From Wenzhouxiangella sp. (GTDB lineage: Bacteria; Pseudomonadota; Gammaproteobacteria; Xanthomonadales; Wenzhouxiangellaceae): a stretch of 64,000 nucleotides of DNA. The stretch covers positions 5,236 to 69,235 of the forward strand of contig DATGSU010000126.1 of NCBI GenBank assembly GCA_035302305.1, in the 5' to 3' direction. The notes under the pieces were generated by a model that made no database searches, was not told where the DNA came from, and was given only the letters and a program-made list of their open reading frames with translations. Shown here in pieces: positions 11,519 to 22,036 of this stretch (position 1 is its first letter; each line of letters opens with the position of its first letter). Made by a program: the position numbers and the translations under genes.

Positions 11519-13354
11519 ATGAAAAATACTTTCCGCCTGCCTTTCGTGTTTCTCGCCATCGCGGTTCTTGTTCTCGCCGGCTGCGCAACCACTGCGCCGC
11601 ATGAGGACGGGGGCCGGCCAGATGCAGCCGATGAGACTTTTTCTGATGCCTTTGACCAGCGTTTGCCGGAAAGCGATGCTGAGAGTCAGGCTGAAGCCTT
11701 CGACAGCTTTGCCGACGAGCTGATTGAGGAGATGCTGGAGCGCTCGCCGGAATGGGCCATTTATCAGGGCCGGTATGAACACGCGGGCAAGGTGACCATT
11801 CCCGATGAGAGCCGGCGCAGGGAAGAAGTGGAGTTTGCAGACAGGGCGCTGGCGCGCCTGGCCGAGTTTGAATACAGTCGGCTGCCTGTGCGGCAGCAAA
11901 CGGATCACGACCTGCTTTCCAACCGCCTTGAGGCCACGAAGTTTTATACCGAATCACTTCGGGCCTGGGAGTGGCAGCCTTCGAATTACAACGTGGCAGG
12001 GCCCCTGAGCCTGTTGCTCAACACCGACTTTGCCCCGCTGGAAGAAAGGCTGGCGCTGATTCGCCAGCGCCTGGACAGAGTGCCCGAATATTATCAGGCA
12101 GCGCGCGCCAGCCTGGGCACCCCCAGCCTTGAGCACACCGGATTGGCCATTCGACAAAATCAGGGCACGCTGGGCGTTTTGTCCGATATTCGCCGCAGCG
12201 CCGAAGAGGCGGGGCTGGCTGATGACCTGGCCGATTCCGTCGACCAGGCCCAGGCAGCGGTCGAGGACTGGATTGACTGGCTGCAAGGCCTGCAGGCCCG
12301 GCTTGAAGAATCTGGCGAGGCCCGTTCTTTCAGGCTGGGCAGGGCGCTGTACGAGCAAAAGTTCAAATATGACATCCAGGCCGGGTTTGATGCCGGCGAA
12401 CTGTATCGCCGCGCGCTGGATGAAAAAGAGCGGCTGCTGGCTGAAATGGATGGCCACGCCACGGAACTGTGGCCGCAGTACTTCCCGGGTCAGCCGCTGC
12501 CGGAGGATCGCCTGCAGCGCATTGGTCGCATGATAGACCGACTGTCGGATGAGCATGGAAGCGTCGATGAGTTTGTCGACAACGTGCGCGAGCAGATGCC
12601 GAAGCTGGCCCGCTTTGTAAGCGAGAAGGACTTGCTGGACCAGGATCCGGACAAGCCGCTTGTCGTGCGCGAGACGCCGGAATACATGCGCGGCACAGGG
12701 GCCATTGCCTCGGTCAGCGCGCCGGGGCCGTTTCACCCCGATGCCGAAACCTACTACAACGTGACGCCGCTGGACAGCTACGGTGACGAACTGGCCGCCA
12801 GCTATCTGCGCGAGTACAACGACTGGATGGTGCAGATTCTCAATATTCATGAAGCCATTCCCGGTCACTATACCCAGCTGGTGCACGCCAACAAGTCGCC
12901 CAGCCTGGTAAAAAGCCTGTTTGGCAACGGCGCCATGATTGAGGGCTGGGCGGTCTATTCCGAGCGCATGATGCTTGAGGCAGGCTGGGGTGATCATGCG
13001 CCCGAGCTGCTTTTGATGCACGGCAAATGGCTGCTGCGGGTGGTGCACAACACCATTCTGGACTATGCGGTTCATGTCCTGGGCATGGAGCGCGACGAAG
13101 CCCTGCGACTGATGCGCGAGGAAGCCTTCCAGGAAGAGTCGGAGGCCACCCAGAAGTGGATCAGAATCACGCTCACCCAGGTGCAGCTGACCTCATACTA
13201 CGCCGGCTATGCGGCCATTCTTGATCTGCGCACCGAACTGCAGAATGAGCTGGGCGAAGACTTTGACCTGAAAACCTTTCACAACCGTTTCCTGGGCTAT
13301 GGGTCGGCGCCGGTGGCGACCATCGCCAGGCTGATGACAGAAGGCGCCAACTGA
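11519..13354 (+). CDS. DUF885 family lipoprotein (putative metallopeptidase)
   Basis: Lipobox LAGC; HEAIPGH, EGWAVYSE, FDLKTFH motifs typical of DUF885. Confidence 0.88.
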   Translation: MKNTFRLPFVFLAIAVLVLAGCATTAPHEDGGRPDAADETFSDAFDQRLPESDAESQAEAFDSFADELIEEMLERSPEWAIYQGRYEHAGKVTIPDESRRREEVEFADRALARLAEFEYSRLPVRQQTDHDLLSNRLEATKFYTESLRAWEWQPSNYNVAGPLSLLLNTDFAPLEERLALIRQRLDRVPEYYQAARASLGTPSLEHTGLAIRQNQGTLGVLSDIRRSAEEAGLADDLADSVDQAQAAVEDWIDWLQGLQARLEESGEARSFRLGRALYEQKFKYDIQAGFDAGELYRRALDEKERLLAEMDGHATELWPQYFPGQPLPEDRLQRIGRMIDRLSDEHGSVDEFVDNVREQMPKLARFVSEKDLLDQDPDKPLVVRETPEYMRGTGAIASVSAPGPFHPDAETYYNVTPLDSYGDELAASYLREYNDWMVQILNIHEAIPGHYTQLVHANKSPSLVKSLFGNGAMIEGWAVYSERMMLEAGWGDHAPELLLMHGKWLLRVVHNTILDYAVHVLGMERDEALRLMREEAFQEESEATQKWIRITLTQVQLTSYYAGYAAILDLRTELQNELGEDFDLKTFHNRFLGYGSAPVATIARLMTEGAN

Positions 13355-13369
13355 CAAACCGCAAGAACT

Positions 13370-13415
13370 GCCCGCCTGCCGCTGGTCATGTGCCCGGCAG
13401 GCGGGCCTTCTTTTT
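13370..13415 (+). terminator. Intrinsic terminator between convergent genes
   Basis: 12-bp stem GCCCGCCTGCCG/CGGCAGGCGGGC followed by CTTCTTTTT. Confidence 0.7.
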
Positions 13416-13429
13416 ATGGGCGACAGCCC

Positions 13430-14794
13430 TCAGCCCTGCTGTATCAGGCGGCTGAGGGCTTCAGTCTTTTCCTTGAGCAGTCGGGTGTCTGCGCGGGTTT
13501 CAACATTGAGCCGGATCACCGGTTCGGTGTTGGAGGCGCGCAGGTTGAAGCGCCAGTTTTCAAAACTCAGGCCAATGCCGTCGGTTTTGTCCACCACCGG
13601 GCTGTCATTTGCGAAGTGCTCAAGGATTGCGCGAATCACTTTGTGCGGATGGTCAACGCTGAAGTTGATCTCTCCGCTGCAGGGAAAGGCCCGGATGCGT
13701 TCGTCCACAAGCTCGGCCAGGGAACGCCCGGTGTCGCTGATGCGCTCCAGCAGCAGCAGCCACGGGATCATGCCGGAATCGCAATAGCTGAAATCGCGGA
13801 AGTAGTGATGGGCCGACATTTCTCCCCCGTACAGGGCGTTTTCCGCGCGCATGCGCTCCTTGATGAAAGCGTGCCCGCTTTTGTTGATGACAGCGCTGCC
13901 GCCGGCATCGGCAACCTCGGCCAGGGTGTTCCAGGTCAGGCGCGGATCCAGCACAATGGTTTCGCCCGGGCTGTTTTCCAGAAACTGGCGGGCAAACAGC
14001 CCAACCAGGTAATAGCCCTCGATAAAGCGGCCGTTGTGGTCAAAGAAAAAACAGCGGTCAAAGTCACCGTCCCAGGCGATGCCCAGATCAGCGCCGGCGT
14101 CAACCACGGCCTGGGCGGTTTCCCGCCGGTTTTCAGGCAGCAGCGGATTGGGAACGCCGTTGGGAAAGCGCCCGTCGGGCTGGTGATGCAGGCGCACAAT
14201 TTCCAGCGGAAGATGTTTGGCCAGCTGGTCAAACACCGGGCCGGCGCAGCCGTTGCCGGCGTTGACCACCACCGTGGCGGGTTTTATTTTGCCAGTGTCG
14301 ACAAAGCTGAGCATGCGGGAAAGATAGCCATCGGTCACGGATGTTTCTTCATGTTTGCCTGAACGGGCCGCGGAGGTTTCCCATTGGCCGCTGGCCAACA
14401 GGGTCTCCATATCCTTCAGCCCGGTGTCGCCGCTGACCGGGATGGCCTGCTCGCGAACCATTTTCATGCCGTTGTAGTCGGCCGGGTTGTGGCTGGCGGT
14501 GACCATGATTCCGCCCCCCATGCCGTCAAGTGAGGCTGCGTGATAGACAATCTCGGTGCCGCACAGGCCGATATCCCGGGTATCGGCGCCGGCCCTGTTG
14601 AGGCCTTGCGCCAGGGCCGCTGCAAGCGGGCGGCTCGACAGCCGCATGTCGTGGCCTATGGCCACCGGGCCACGTGGCCGAACGATGCGGGCATAGGCCT
14701 GGCCGATTTGGAAGGCGCGTTCTTCATTGAGCTGTTCGGGCACGCGTCCGCGGATGTCATAGGCCTTGAACGGCGAGTTTTTCAGGGATGTCAT
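13430..14794 (-). CDS. manB: Phosphomannomutase/phosphoglucomutase (ManB/CpsG family)
   Basis: [26 protein letters not shown] motifs. Confidence 0.92.
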   Translation of the reverse strand: MTSLKNSPFKAYDIRGRVPEQLNEERAFQIGQAYARIVRPRGPVAIGHDMRLSSRPLAAALAQGLNRAGADTRDIGLCGTEIVYHAASLDGMGGGIMVTASHNPADYNGMKMVREQAIPVSGDTGLKDMETLLASGQWETSAARSGKHEETSVTDGYLSRMLSFVDTGKIKPATVVVNAGNGCAGPVFDQLAKHLPLEIVRLHHQPDGRFPNGVPNPLLPENRRETAQAVVDAGADLGIAWDGDFDRCFFFDHNGRFIEGYYLVGLFARQFLENSPGETIVLDPRLTWNTLAEVADAGGSAVINKSGHAFIKERMRAENALYGGEMSAHHYFRDFSYCDSGMIPWLLLLERISDTGRSLAELVDERIRAFPCSGEINFSVDHPHKVIRAILEHFANDSPVVDKTDGIGLSFENWRFNLRASNTEPVIRLNVETRADTRLLKEKTEALSRLIQQG

Positions 14795-14962
14795 AAAAAG
14801 CCGGAGCCGGTGTGTTTGGTCAGGCGCTATCCTAACCCGGCGGCTGACCGGGTTGATGGCGGTGTGGCTGGCAGGTCCGTGGTTTCGGCCTGTGCCGACA
14901 GGGTCATTGCAGGACCACTTGGTGATACCATTGACGCGCTACACATTTCAGGAACAAGGCCC

Positions 14963-16219
14963 ATGTTTGACAACTCTTTCACCATTGCCGGCTACGATGA
15001 CGAGCTGGCCCAAGCCATCCGTTCGGAAGAGCAGCGCCAGGAAGACCATATCGAGCTGATCGCTTCCGAAAACCACGTCAGCCCGCGCGTCATGGAAGCC
15101 CAGGGTTCGGTGCTGACCAATAAATACGCCGAAGGCTACCCGGGGCGGCGTTATTACGGTGGCTGCGAGTTTGTCGACATTGCTGAAACCCTGGCCATAG
15201 AGCGCGTCAAAAAGCTGTTTTCTGCACAATATGCCAACGTTCAGCCGCATTCCGGCTCCCAGGCCAACCAGGCCGTCTACATGGCGCTGCTCAAGCCCGG
15301 CGATACCATTTTGGGCATGGATTTGACCGAAGGCGGGCATTTGACCCACGGTGCCAAGGTCAATTTTTCAGGCAAGCTGTTCAACGCCGTGTACTACGGC
15401 CTCGATCGCGAAACGGGCAAAACCGATTACGAGCACATGCGCCAACAGGCGCTGGAGCACCGTCCGGCCATGCTGATTGGCGGATTTTCAGCGCATTCGC
15501 GGCCGGTGGACTGGGCCAAAATGCGAGAAATTGCCGATGAGGTTGGCGCCTGGTTCATGGTTGACATGGCACACGTGGCCGGGCTGGTGGCCGCCGGCCT
15601 GTATCCCAACCCGGTGCCGCATGCGCACGTGGTGACATCGACCACGCACAAAACGCTGCGCGGCCCGCGCGGCGGGCTTATTCTGTCGGGTGAGTCCGAT
15701 GAGGAACTGGCCAAAAAACTGCAGTCATCGGTTTTCCCCGGCGGTCAGGGTGGCCCGCTGATGCACGTGATTGCCGCCAAGGCGGTGGCCTTCAAGGAAG
15801 CGCTGGAGCCGGAGTTCAAAACCTATCAGAAGCAGGTGATAGAAAACGCGCGCGCCATGACCGAAGTCATCAGCGAGCGCGGCTACAAGATCGTTTCGGG
15901 CGGCACCGACAACCATCTTTTCCTCATTGACCTTATAGACAAGGACATTACCGGCAAGGACGCCGAGGACGCCCTGGGTCGGGCCAACATCACCGTCAAC
16001 AAGAACACCGTGCCCGGCGAGCCGCGCTCACCTTTCGTCACTTCGGGCCTGCGCATGGGCACGCCGGCGTGCACCACGCGCGGGTTCAGGGCCGATGACT
16101 GCCGCGAGCTGGCCGGGCTCATCTGCGACATTCTCGACAACATGGGCGACGAGAGCGTGGTGGCGCAAGTGCGCGAGGCAGCGCTGAAGCTGGCGCGCAA
16201 ATACCCGGTTTACGCATAG
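14963..16219 (+). CDS. glyA: Serine hydroxymethyltransferase
   Basis: [34 protein letters not shown]; start moved to ATG 14963. Confidence 0.98.
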   Translation: MFDNSFTIAGYDDELAQAIRSEEQRQEDHIELIASENHVSPRVMEAQGSVLTNKYAEGYPGRRYYGGCEFVDIAETLAIERVKKLFSAQYANVQPHSGSQANQAVYMALLKPGDTILGMDLTEGGHLTHGAKVNFSGKLFNAVYYGLDRETGKTDYEHMRQQALEHRPAMLIGGFSAHSRPVDWAKMREIADEVGAWFMVDMAHVAGLVAAGLYPNPVPHAHVVTSTTHKTLRGPRGGLILSGESDEELAKKLQSSVFPGGQGGPLMHVIAAKAVAFKEALEPEFKTYQKQVIENARAMTEVISERGYKIVSGGTDNHLFLIDLIDKDITGKDAEDALGRANITVNKNTVPGEPRSPFVTSGLRMGTPACTTRGFRADDCRELAGLICDILDNMGDESVVAQVREAALKLARKYPVYA

Positions 16220-16236
16220 CTGCCTGCTGACTGATC

Positions 16237-16743
16237 ATGTGGTGCCCGTTCTGCAATCACACCGATACCCGGGTGGTTGATTCAAGGCTGGCCGCCGACG
16301 GCTTCCAGATTCGCCGGCGGCGCCAGTGCGCCGATTGCGGAATCCGCTTCAACACGCTGGAAACGCCCGCTCTGAAGGCACCCAACGTGATCAAGGCGGA
16401 CGGCTCGCGGGAAGCGTTTAACGAGGACAAGCTGCGGCGCGGCATGCTCAAGGCGCTGGAAAAACGCCCGGTGGAAACCCGGCTGGTGGAAAAAGCCATG
16501 CGCAAGCTCCTGCATGAGATCCACACGCTTGAAGAGCCGGAGATATCCAGCCAGAAACTGGGCGACTGGGTGGCGGCCGAGCTTGAAAAGCTGGACCAGG
16601 TGGCCTACGTGCGCTTTGCCTCTGTTTACCGCCGTTTTGAAGACGTGGCCGCTTTTCGCGATGAAATCGAGCGCCTTGAGCGCGACAATCCGGGCTTGTT
16701 TGACGGGCGCCAGATCCCGCTGCTGGACGACCGGGATGAATAG
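16237..16743 (+). CDS. nrdR: Transcriptional repressor NrdR
   Basis: CPFC...DSR...IRRRRQC..C Zn ribbon, ATP cone, DQVAYVRFASVY. Confidence 0.97.
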   Translation: MWCPFCNHTDTRVVDSRLAADGFQIRRRRQCADCGIRFNTLETPALKAPNVIKADGSREAFNEDKLRRGMLKALEKRPVETRLVEKAMRKLLHEIHTLEEPEISSQKLGDWVAAELEKLDQVAYVRFASVYRRFEDVAAFRDEIERLERDNPGLFDGRQIPLLDDRDE

Positions 16744-16836
16744 GCTCATGCGCGCCGCGGCGGACAGCAAAACAGACCCCGGGGAACCCCGGTTGCCGGC
16801 TGGTGCTGTCATCAGCCATTTTCGGGCGTGCCGGCC

Positions 16837-17916
16837 ATGAGTTTTACGGCCGACGACCACCGCCATATGGCGGAAGCGCTGAGGCTGGCCGCCCGGGGAC
16901 GCACGACCGCCGACCCCAATCCGGCCGTTGGCTGTGTCATTGTCAAAAATAACGAGGTTGTCGGGCGCGGCTGGCACCGGGCTGCGGGCGAGCCGCATGC
17001 CGAGATTCTGGCGCTGGGCCGGGCTGGTGTACGCGCCCGCCGGGCCAGGGTGTATGTCACGCTGGAGCCCTGCAGCCACCAGGGGCGCACGCCGCCCTGT
17101 ACCGTCAGTCTTTTGGAAGCCGGGGTGTCCGAAGTCATTACCGCCATGGCCGACCCCAACCCGCAGGTGGCGGGCAAGGGCCATGCCCGGCTTGCCCGTG
17201 GTGGTGTGCAGGTAAGAAGCGGGCTGATGGAAGCCCAGGCCCGTGATCTCAACCGCGGCTTTGTGGCCCGTCACGAGCGCGGTCGCCCGTGGGTTCGCAT
17301 CAAGCTGGCCGCCAGTCAGGACGGGCTGACGGCCGGGGCCGATGGCCGCTCGCAGTGGATTACCGGCGAGGCCGCCCGCACCGATGTGCAGCGCTGGCGC
17401 GCCCGTGCATCCTGCATTTTGACCGGCATTGGCACCGTGCTGGCCGATGACCCGCTTTTGAATGTGCGCCTGCCCGGGTTTACCCGCCACCCGCTCAGGG
17501 TTGTCGTGGACTCGCGCGCGCGCCTGCCCGGCAGCCTGCGCATGAGCAGCCAGCCGGGCCTGATTGCGGCGGCCACCTGCGCACACAGCCCGCCGGCCCG
17601 CAGTGATGTGCGCTGGTGGCCCATGCCGGCCGGGCGCGACGGGCGCGTATGCCTCGATGCGCTGCTTAAAAGACTGGCCGGGGAAGAAGTCAACACGGTT
17701 CATGTCGAAGCGGGGCCCGTTCTGGCTGGCGCCCTGGTTGAAGCCGGGCTGGCCGACGAGCTGCTGGTCTACCAGTCGGCCTGCCTGATTGGCAGCGGCC
17801 ATCCGCTGCTGTCCCTTCCGGGGATGGAAAAGTTTGCCGACCGCCTCCACATACAACGCATGCAGGCGCGCCGGGTCGGTGAAGACTGGCGCTTTCTTTT
17901 CCGTCTTCCAGATTAA
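16837..17916 (+). CDS. ribD: Riboflavin deaminase/reductase RibD
   Basis: PNPAVGC, HAE, TLEPCSHQGRTPPC, SQWITG, VEAG. Confidence 0.97.
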   Translation: MSFTADDHRHMAEALRLAARGRTTADPNPAVGCVIVKNNEVVGRGWHRAAGEPHAEILALGRAGVRARRARVYVTLEPCSHQGRTPPCTVSLLEAGVSEVITAMADPNPQVAGKGHARLARGGVQVRSGLMEAQARDLNRGFVARHERGRPWVRIKLAASQDGLTAGADGRSQWITGEAARTDVQRWRARASCILTGIGTVLADDPLLNVRLPGFTRHPLRVVVDSRARLPGSLRMSSQPGLIAAATCAHSPPARSDVRWWPMPAGRDGRVCLDALLKRLAGEEVNTVHVEAGPVLAGALVEAGLADELLVYQSACLIGSGHPLLSLPGMEKFADRLHIQRMQARRVGEDWRFLFRLPD

Positions 17917-17929
17917 GCAGGATTTGTCG

Positions 17930-18526
17930 ATGTTTACCGGAATCGTTCAGGCCGTGGGCACCATTGAGCGCGTAGATGAAATTCCCGAGGGGCGCCGTTT
18001 TGAAATTGGCTGTCCCCTGCTCGAGCCGGCCAGCTGGAACATTGGCGACAGCATTGCCGTGTCGGGGTGTTGTCTTACGGCAGTTGCTCTGAGCACGCAC
18101 GGTTTTGCGGTTGACCTGTCGGCAGAAACCCTTGCAAAAACCCGGCTTGGCGAACTTGAGGCCGGCAGCCGGGTCAACCTTGAACCGGCGCTTAAAATGA
18201 GCGACAGACTGGGCGGGCATTTTGTCACCGGCCACGTCGACGGGCTGGCGGAACTGGTGTCATCGCGCCCTTCGGGCGACAGCCGCATCGACCGCTATCG
18301 GGTGCCGGCGCATCTGTCGCGCTTCATTGCGTCCAAGGGCTCGGTGACGCTGGACGGCGTGAGCCTGACCGTAAATGCGGTTGATGCCAGCGAGTTTGAA
18401 ATCAACCTGATTCCGCACACGCTGAAAGTGACCACGCTTGGCGCGCTGAAGCCGGGCGATCGGGTCAACCTTGAAATTGATTTGCTGGCCCGCTATCTGG
18501 ACCGGCTGCAAGGAGAACAGAGATGA
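17930..18526 (+). CDS. ribE: Riboflavin synthase alpha chain
   Basis: MFTGIV N-terminus, [17 protein letters not shown]. Confidence 0.96.
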   Translation: MFTGIVQAVGTIERVDEIPEGRRFEIGCPLLEPASWNIGDSIAVSGCCLTAVALSTHGFAVDLSAETLAKTRLGELEAGSRVNLEPALKMSDRLGGHFVTGHVDGLAELVSSRPSGDSRIDRYRVPAHLSRFIASKGSVTLDGVSLTVNAVDASEFEINLIPHTLKVTTLGALKPGDRVNLEIDLLARYLDRLQGEQR

Positions 18527-19644
18527 GTTTTGACAGCATCGAGTCCATACTCGAGGACGTGCGCAAGGGGCGCATGGTGGTCATGCTGGACGATGAGGAC
18601 CGTGAGAATGAGGGCGACCTGATCATGGCAGCGTCCATGGTGCGTCCCGAGGACATCAACTTCATGGCCCATCACGGCCGCGGCCTGATTTGTCTTGCGC
18701 TGACCCGCGAGCGCTGTCACCAGCTTGACCTAAAGCTGATGGTGGACGACACCGACCGCTACCACAAGACCAACTTCACCGTGTCCATAGAGGCTGCATC
18801 GGGCGTCACCACGGGCATTTCGGCCTATGACCGCGCGCACACCGTGCGCACCGCGGTGGCCCCCAACGCCGTTGCCGATGACCTGACCCAGCCGGGGCAT
18901 ATTTTTCCGCTTATGGCCCAGCCCGGCGGTGTGCTGGCGCGCGCCGGACACACCGAGGCCAGCGTTGACCTGGCCCTGCTTGCCGGCGTGGAGCCGGCGG
19001 CCGTTCTGGTTGAAATTCTCAACGAGGACGGCACCATGGCGCGTCGCCCGCAGCTGGAAGAATTTGTGCGGCACCACGGCCTGAAAATGGGCACGGTGGC
19101 TGATTTGATTCGCTACCGCATGAGCACCGAAACCAACGTCGAGTGTGTTCACACGCAAACCGTTGGAACCGCGCACGGCGAGTTCGAGCTCAGGGCCTTT
19201 CGCGACCGCATCACCAACCGCCTTCACTGGGCGCTGATACGCGGCAGCATCAGCAACGATGAGCCTTTCCCCGTGCGGGTTCACGTGCCGGAGCTGCTGG
19301 GCGATGTGCTTGGCATTACCCGTCCGGACTTCGGCATGCCGCTGGATGCCGCCCTGGCCGATATTGCCCGTCGCGGGCGCGGCCTGGCGCTGGTGCTCGG
19401 GCATTACGAGGACGATGATGACGCCCGGCTGGAAAGCCTGGCTGCCGGTGAGGCCAGGGTGCCGCAGTCGCCCGACAACGGCTCTGACCGGGCGGCCCGG
19501 GAGCTGCGCAGCTATGGCATTGCCGCCCAGATTATCGCCGCCCTGGGCATTCGGCGCATGCAGGTTTTTGGTGCGCCAAAACGTTTCCATGCCCTGGACG
19601 GCTTCGGGCTGGAAATTGTCGATCACGTCATTCCCGACAGATGA
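18523..19644 (+). CDS. ribB: DHBP synthase RibB fused to degenerate GTP cyclohydrolase II-like domain (RibBX)
   Basis: [27 protein letters not shown]; C-terminal domain lacks the Zn-binding Cys residues. Confidence 0.93.
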   Translation: MSFDSIESILEDVRKGRMVVMLDDEDRENEGDLIMAASMVRPEDINFMAHHGRGLICLALTRERCHQLDLKLMVDDTDRYHKTNFTVSIEAASGVTTGISAYDRAHTVRTAVAPNAVADDLTQPGHIFPLMAQPGGVLARAGHTEASVDLALLAGVEPAAVLVEILNEDGTMARRPQLEEFVRHHGLKMGTVADLIRYRMSTETNVECVHTQTVGTAHGEFELRAFRDRITNRLHWALIRGSISNDEPFPVRVHVPELLGDVLGITRPDFGMPLDAALADIARRGRGLALVLGHYEDDDDARLESLAAGEARVPQSPDNGSDRAARELRSYGIAAQIIAALGIRRMQVFGAPKRFHALDGFGLEIVDHVIPDR

Positions 19645-20114
19645 GGAAAGAAATGAGTCTGCATGATTCAGGCAACCGCTCCATACGGATTGCCATCGCC
19701 CACGCACAGTTCAACCGCAAGGTTACCGACATGCTGCTGGCCGGCTGCCGGCGCGCCCTGGAGCAGGCCGGGCTGACTGAAGATCAAGTTGATGTTTTTT
19801 CGGTGCCCGGCGCCTGGGAGCTGCCGCTGGCCGCGCGCCAGCTGGCAGCAGCGGAGCGCTACGACGGAATCATTGCCCTGGGTGCGGTGGTGCGCGGCGA
19901 GACGGCCCATTTTGAGTTCATTTCCGCCGAGTGTGCGCGCGGCCTGCAGCGGGTTTCGCTGGACTCCGGCCTCCCCGTTGGCTTTGGCGTGCTGACGCCG
20001 GAAAACGACGAGCAGGCCGAGGAACGTGCCGATCCCGGGCGCATGGACAAGGGCCGGGAGGCGGCCGCTGCGGTGCTGGCCATGATAAAGCTCAAGCAGC
20101 AGATTGCACAATGA
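19641..20114 (+). CDS. ribH: Lumazine synthase
   Basis: VPGAWELP, LGAVVRGETAHFE, GFGVLT. Confidence 0.96.
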   Translation: MRKEMSLHDSGNRSIRIAIAHAQFNRKVTDMLLAGCRRALEQAGLTEDQVDVFSVPGAWELPLAARQLAAAERYDGIIALGAVVRGETAHFEFISAECARGLQRVSLDSGLPVGFGVLTPENDEQAEERADPGRMDKGREAAAAVLAMIKLKQQIAQ

Positions 20115-20578
20115 GAAAGCGCCGCAAACCCGGGCCATTCGAGCCAAAAAAGCGGGCCCGCAGGCGGGCGCTGCAGGCGCTGTACCAGTGGCAGTTCAAC
20201 GACAGCACGGCAACGGCCATTATCGAGCAGTTTCTCATCGAGCAAAACTTCTCGGGCGTTGACGAAACCTTTTTCAAGACGCTGGTTCGCGAAGTGGTCG
20301 CCAATCACGCGGCCCTTGACGAGGTCATCGCACCTTATCTGGATCGTGCGGAAAGCTCGCTGGACCAGATGGAGCGCGCCATTTTGCGCCTGGCTGCCTG
20401 CGAACTGTCCTATCACCCGGAGACACCCTATCGGGTGGTCATTGATGAAGCTGTGGACCTGGCCCATCGTTTTGGCGCCGAGCAGGCGCATACCTTCATC
20501 AATGGCGTTGTCGACCGGCTGGCACACAGGCTGCGCAGCGCCGAGATCGGGCTGGAAGCCGAAAGCCGGACCAAATGA
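20111..20578 (+). CDS. nusB: Transcription antitermination factor NusB
   Basis: RRARRRALQALYQW, VVIDEAV, FINGVVD. Confidence 0.96.
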   Translation: MRKRRKPGPFEPKKRARRRALQALYQWQFNDSTATAIIEQFLIEQNFSGVDETFFKTLVREVVANHAALDEVIAPYLDRAESSLDQMERAILRLAACELSYHPETPYRVVIDEAVDLAHRFGAEQAHTFINGVVDRLAHRLRSAEIGLEAESRTK

Positions 20579-20584
20579 CGGCCG

Positions 20585-21529
20585 ATGAGCGAATTTGACC
20601 TGATTGCCCGGATTCAGGCGCGCGCCGCAGGTCATGTCGAGAACGGCGTGGTGGTTGGAATTGGCGATGATGCAGCCGTGATTGCGCCGGCCGCCGGCCA
20701 TGAAATTGTTGCCACCACCGATACGCTGGTGCCGGGCCGACACTTTACCGATGCATGGAGTGCCCAAGAGATTGGCTGCCTGGCCGCCCGGGCCAATCTG
20801 AGCGACGTGGCGGCCATGGGTGCGCGCCCGCGCTGGGCGCTTTTGGCGCTGACACTGCCGGGCGTTGATGAAGCCTGGCTTGACGGCTTTCTGGATGGTT
20901 TTCTGGCGGCCCTGGCGCAGGCTGAAACCGCGCTGGTTGGCGGCAATCTGGCGCGCGGCCCGCTGAATATCGGCGTGCAGCTGCTGGGCGAAGTGCCTGC
21001 GGGCCAGGCGGTGCTGCGCTCTGGCGGGCAGGCGGGCGATCGCATTGTGGTAACCGGTACGCCGGGCGATGCCGCCGCCGCGCTGCTGCTGGGCGACAAG
21101 GCGCCTGCAGAACTGCTGAACAGGCTGCGCTGTCCGCCGGCGCGGTTGCAGGCCGGGCTGGCGCTGCGCGATCATGCGCACGCCATGATTGACATATCCG
21201 ACGGCCTGGCGGCTGATTTGGATCATCTGCTGAGCAATGGCCTGGGCGCCGAAATAGACCTGGACTGCCTGCCGGCATCGGCCGCGCTGAAAAAATCCGT
21301 GCCCGCGCCCGAAAAGCGCTGGCCGCTGCAGCTGCAGGGGGGCAGCGACTACGAGCTGCTGGCGCTTGTGCCCCCGCAGGTCGATATTGATCGTCTGCAG
21401 GAAAAGGCCGGCGTTGACCTGACCGTCACGGGAACCGTTGTGGACGGTGGCGGCATCCGCTTCCACTCATTGCAGCATTCGCTGCCGCCCCTGTCCATAC
21501 AGGGCTGGGACCACTTTAAAAATGACTGA
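20585..21529 (+). CDS. thiL: Thiamine-monophosphate kinase
   Basis: MSEFDLI, GIGDDAA, NLSDVAAMG, DISDGL, DYEL. Confidence 0.96.
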   Translation: MSEFDLIARIQARAAGHVENGVVVGIGDDAAVIAPAAGHEIVATTDTLVPGRHFTDAWSAQEIGCLAARANLSDVAAMGARPRWALLALTLPGVDEAWLDGFLDGFLAALAQAETALVGGNLARGPLNIGVQLLGEVPAGQAVLRSGGQAGDRIVVTGTPGDAAAALLLGDKAPAELLNRLRCPPARLQAGLALRDHAHAMIDISDGLAADLDHLLSNGLGAEIDLDCLPASAALKKSVPAPEKRWPLQLQGGSDYELLALVPPQVDIDRLQEKAGVDLTVTGTVVDGGGIRFHSLQHSLPPLSIQGWDHFKND

Positions 21530-22019
21530 TCCGCTCAGCGATCGCAGGCCCGATACGGTGCGCATTGCGCTGGGCTCGCCCGCCGGCTTTCTGGCGTTTG
21601 GGTTTGGCAGCGGCCTGGTGCCGTTTATGCCCGGCACGGCCGGCAGCCTGGCGGCCATGCTGCCGGCGCTGCTGCTGATCAAGCTGCCGCTGCCGTGGCT
21701 GGCGCTTTTTCTGGTGGCGGCTTTTGCATTTGGCGTGTGGCTGTGCGAACGAACCGGGCGGCGTTTGGGCGTGCATGACCACGGCGGCATCGTATTTGAC
21801 GAATTTGTCGGCATGTGGCTGGTGCTGGCACTTGTGCCGGCAGGTCCGCTCTGGTGGCTGGCGGCATTTGTGGCGTTTCGCCTGTTCGACATTGTCAAGC
21901 CCTGGCCCATAGGCTGGCTTGACCGGCGCATTGGCGGCGGCCTGGGCGTTATGCTGGATGATGTTCTGGCCGCCGTTTACGCGCTGGCTGTGCTTGTACC
22001 GCTGATGTTCTGGCTGTAG
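21522..22019 (+). CDS. pgpA: Phosphatidylglycerophosphatase A
   Basis: GFGSGL, PGTAGS, DHGGIVFDE, FRLFDIVKPWPI. Confidence 0.96.
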   Translation: MTDPLSDRRPDTVRIALGSPAGFLAFGFGSGLVPFMPGTAGSLAAMLPALLLIKLPLPWLALFLVAAFAFGVWLCERTGRRLGVHDHGGIVFDEFVGMWLVLALVPAGPLWWLAAFVAFRLFDIVKPWPIGWLDRRIGGGLGVMLDDVLAAVYALAVLVPLMFWL

Positions 22020-22036
22020 GGCCGGAGGCGTCGAGC

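Noticed and set aside
11246-11908. Long N-terminal extension of the SYLF ORF
   Set aside because: Overlaps the DUF885 gene antisense; the lipoprotein signal peptide marks the true start near 11233-11245
14540-14962. N-terminal extension of glyA (similarly murB to 31079, rimM from 49196, rnc from 40743)
   Set aside because: Extensions overlap neighbouring genes, and homology begins at downstream starts
16744-16836. FMN riboswitch upstream of ribD
   Set aside because: Too short and lacks the conserved FMN aptamer sequences
16282-17856. 524-aa antisense ORF over nrdR-ribD (likewise 19859-21466, 23089-24348, 53297-54415, 61470-63146)
   Set aside because: Shadow ORFs expected opposite GC-rich genes; no recognisable motifs, and the other strand carries clear conserved genes
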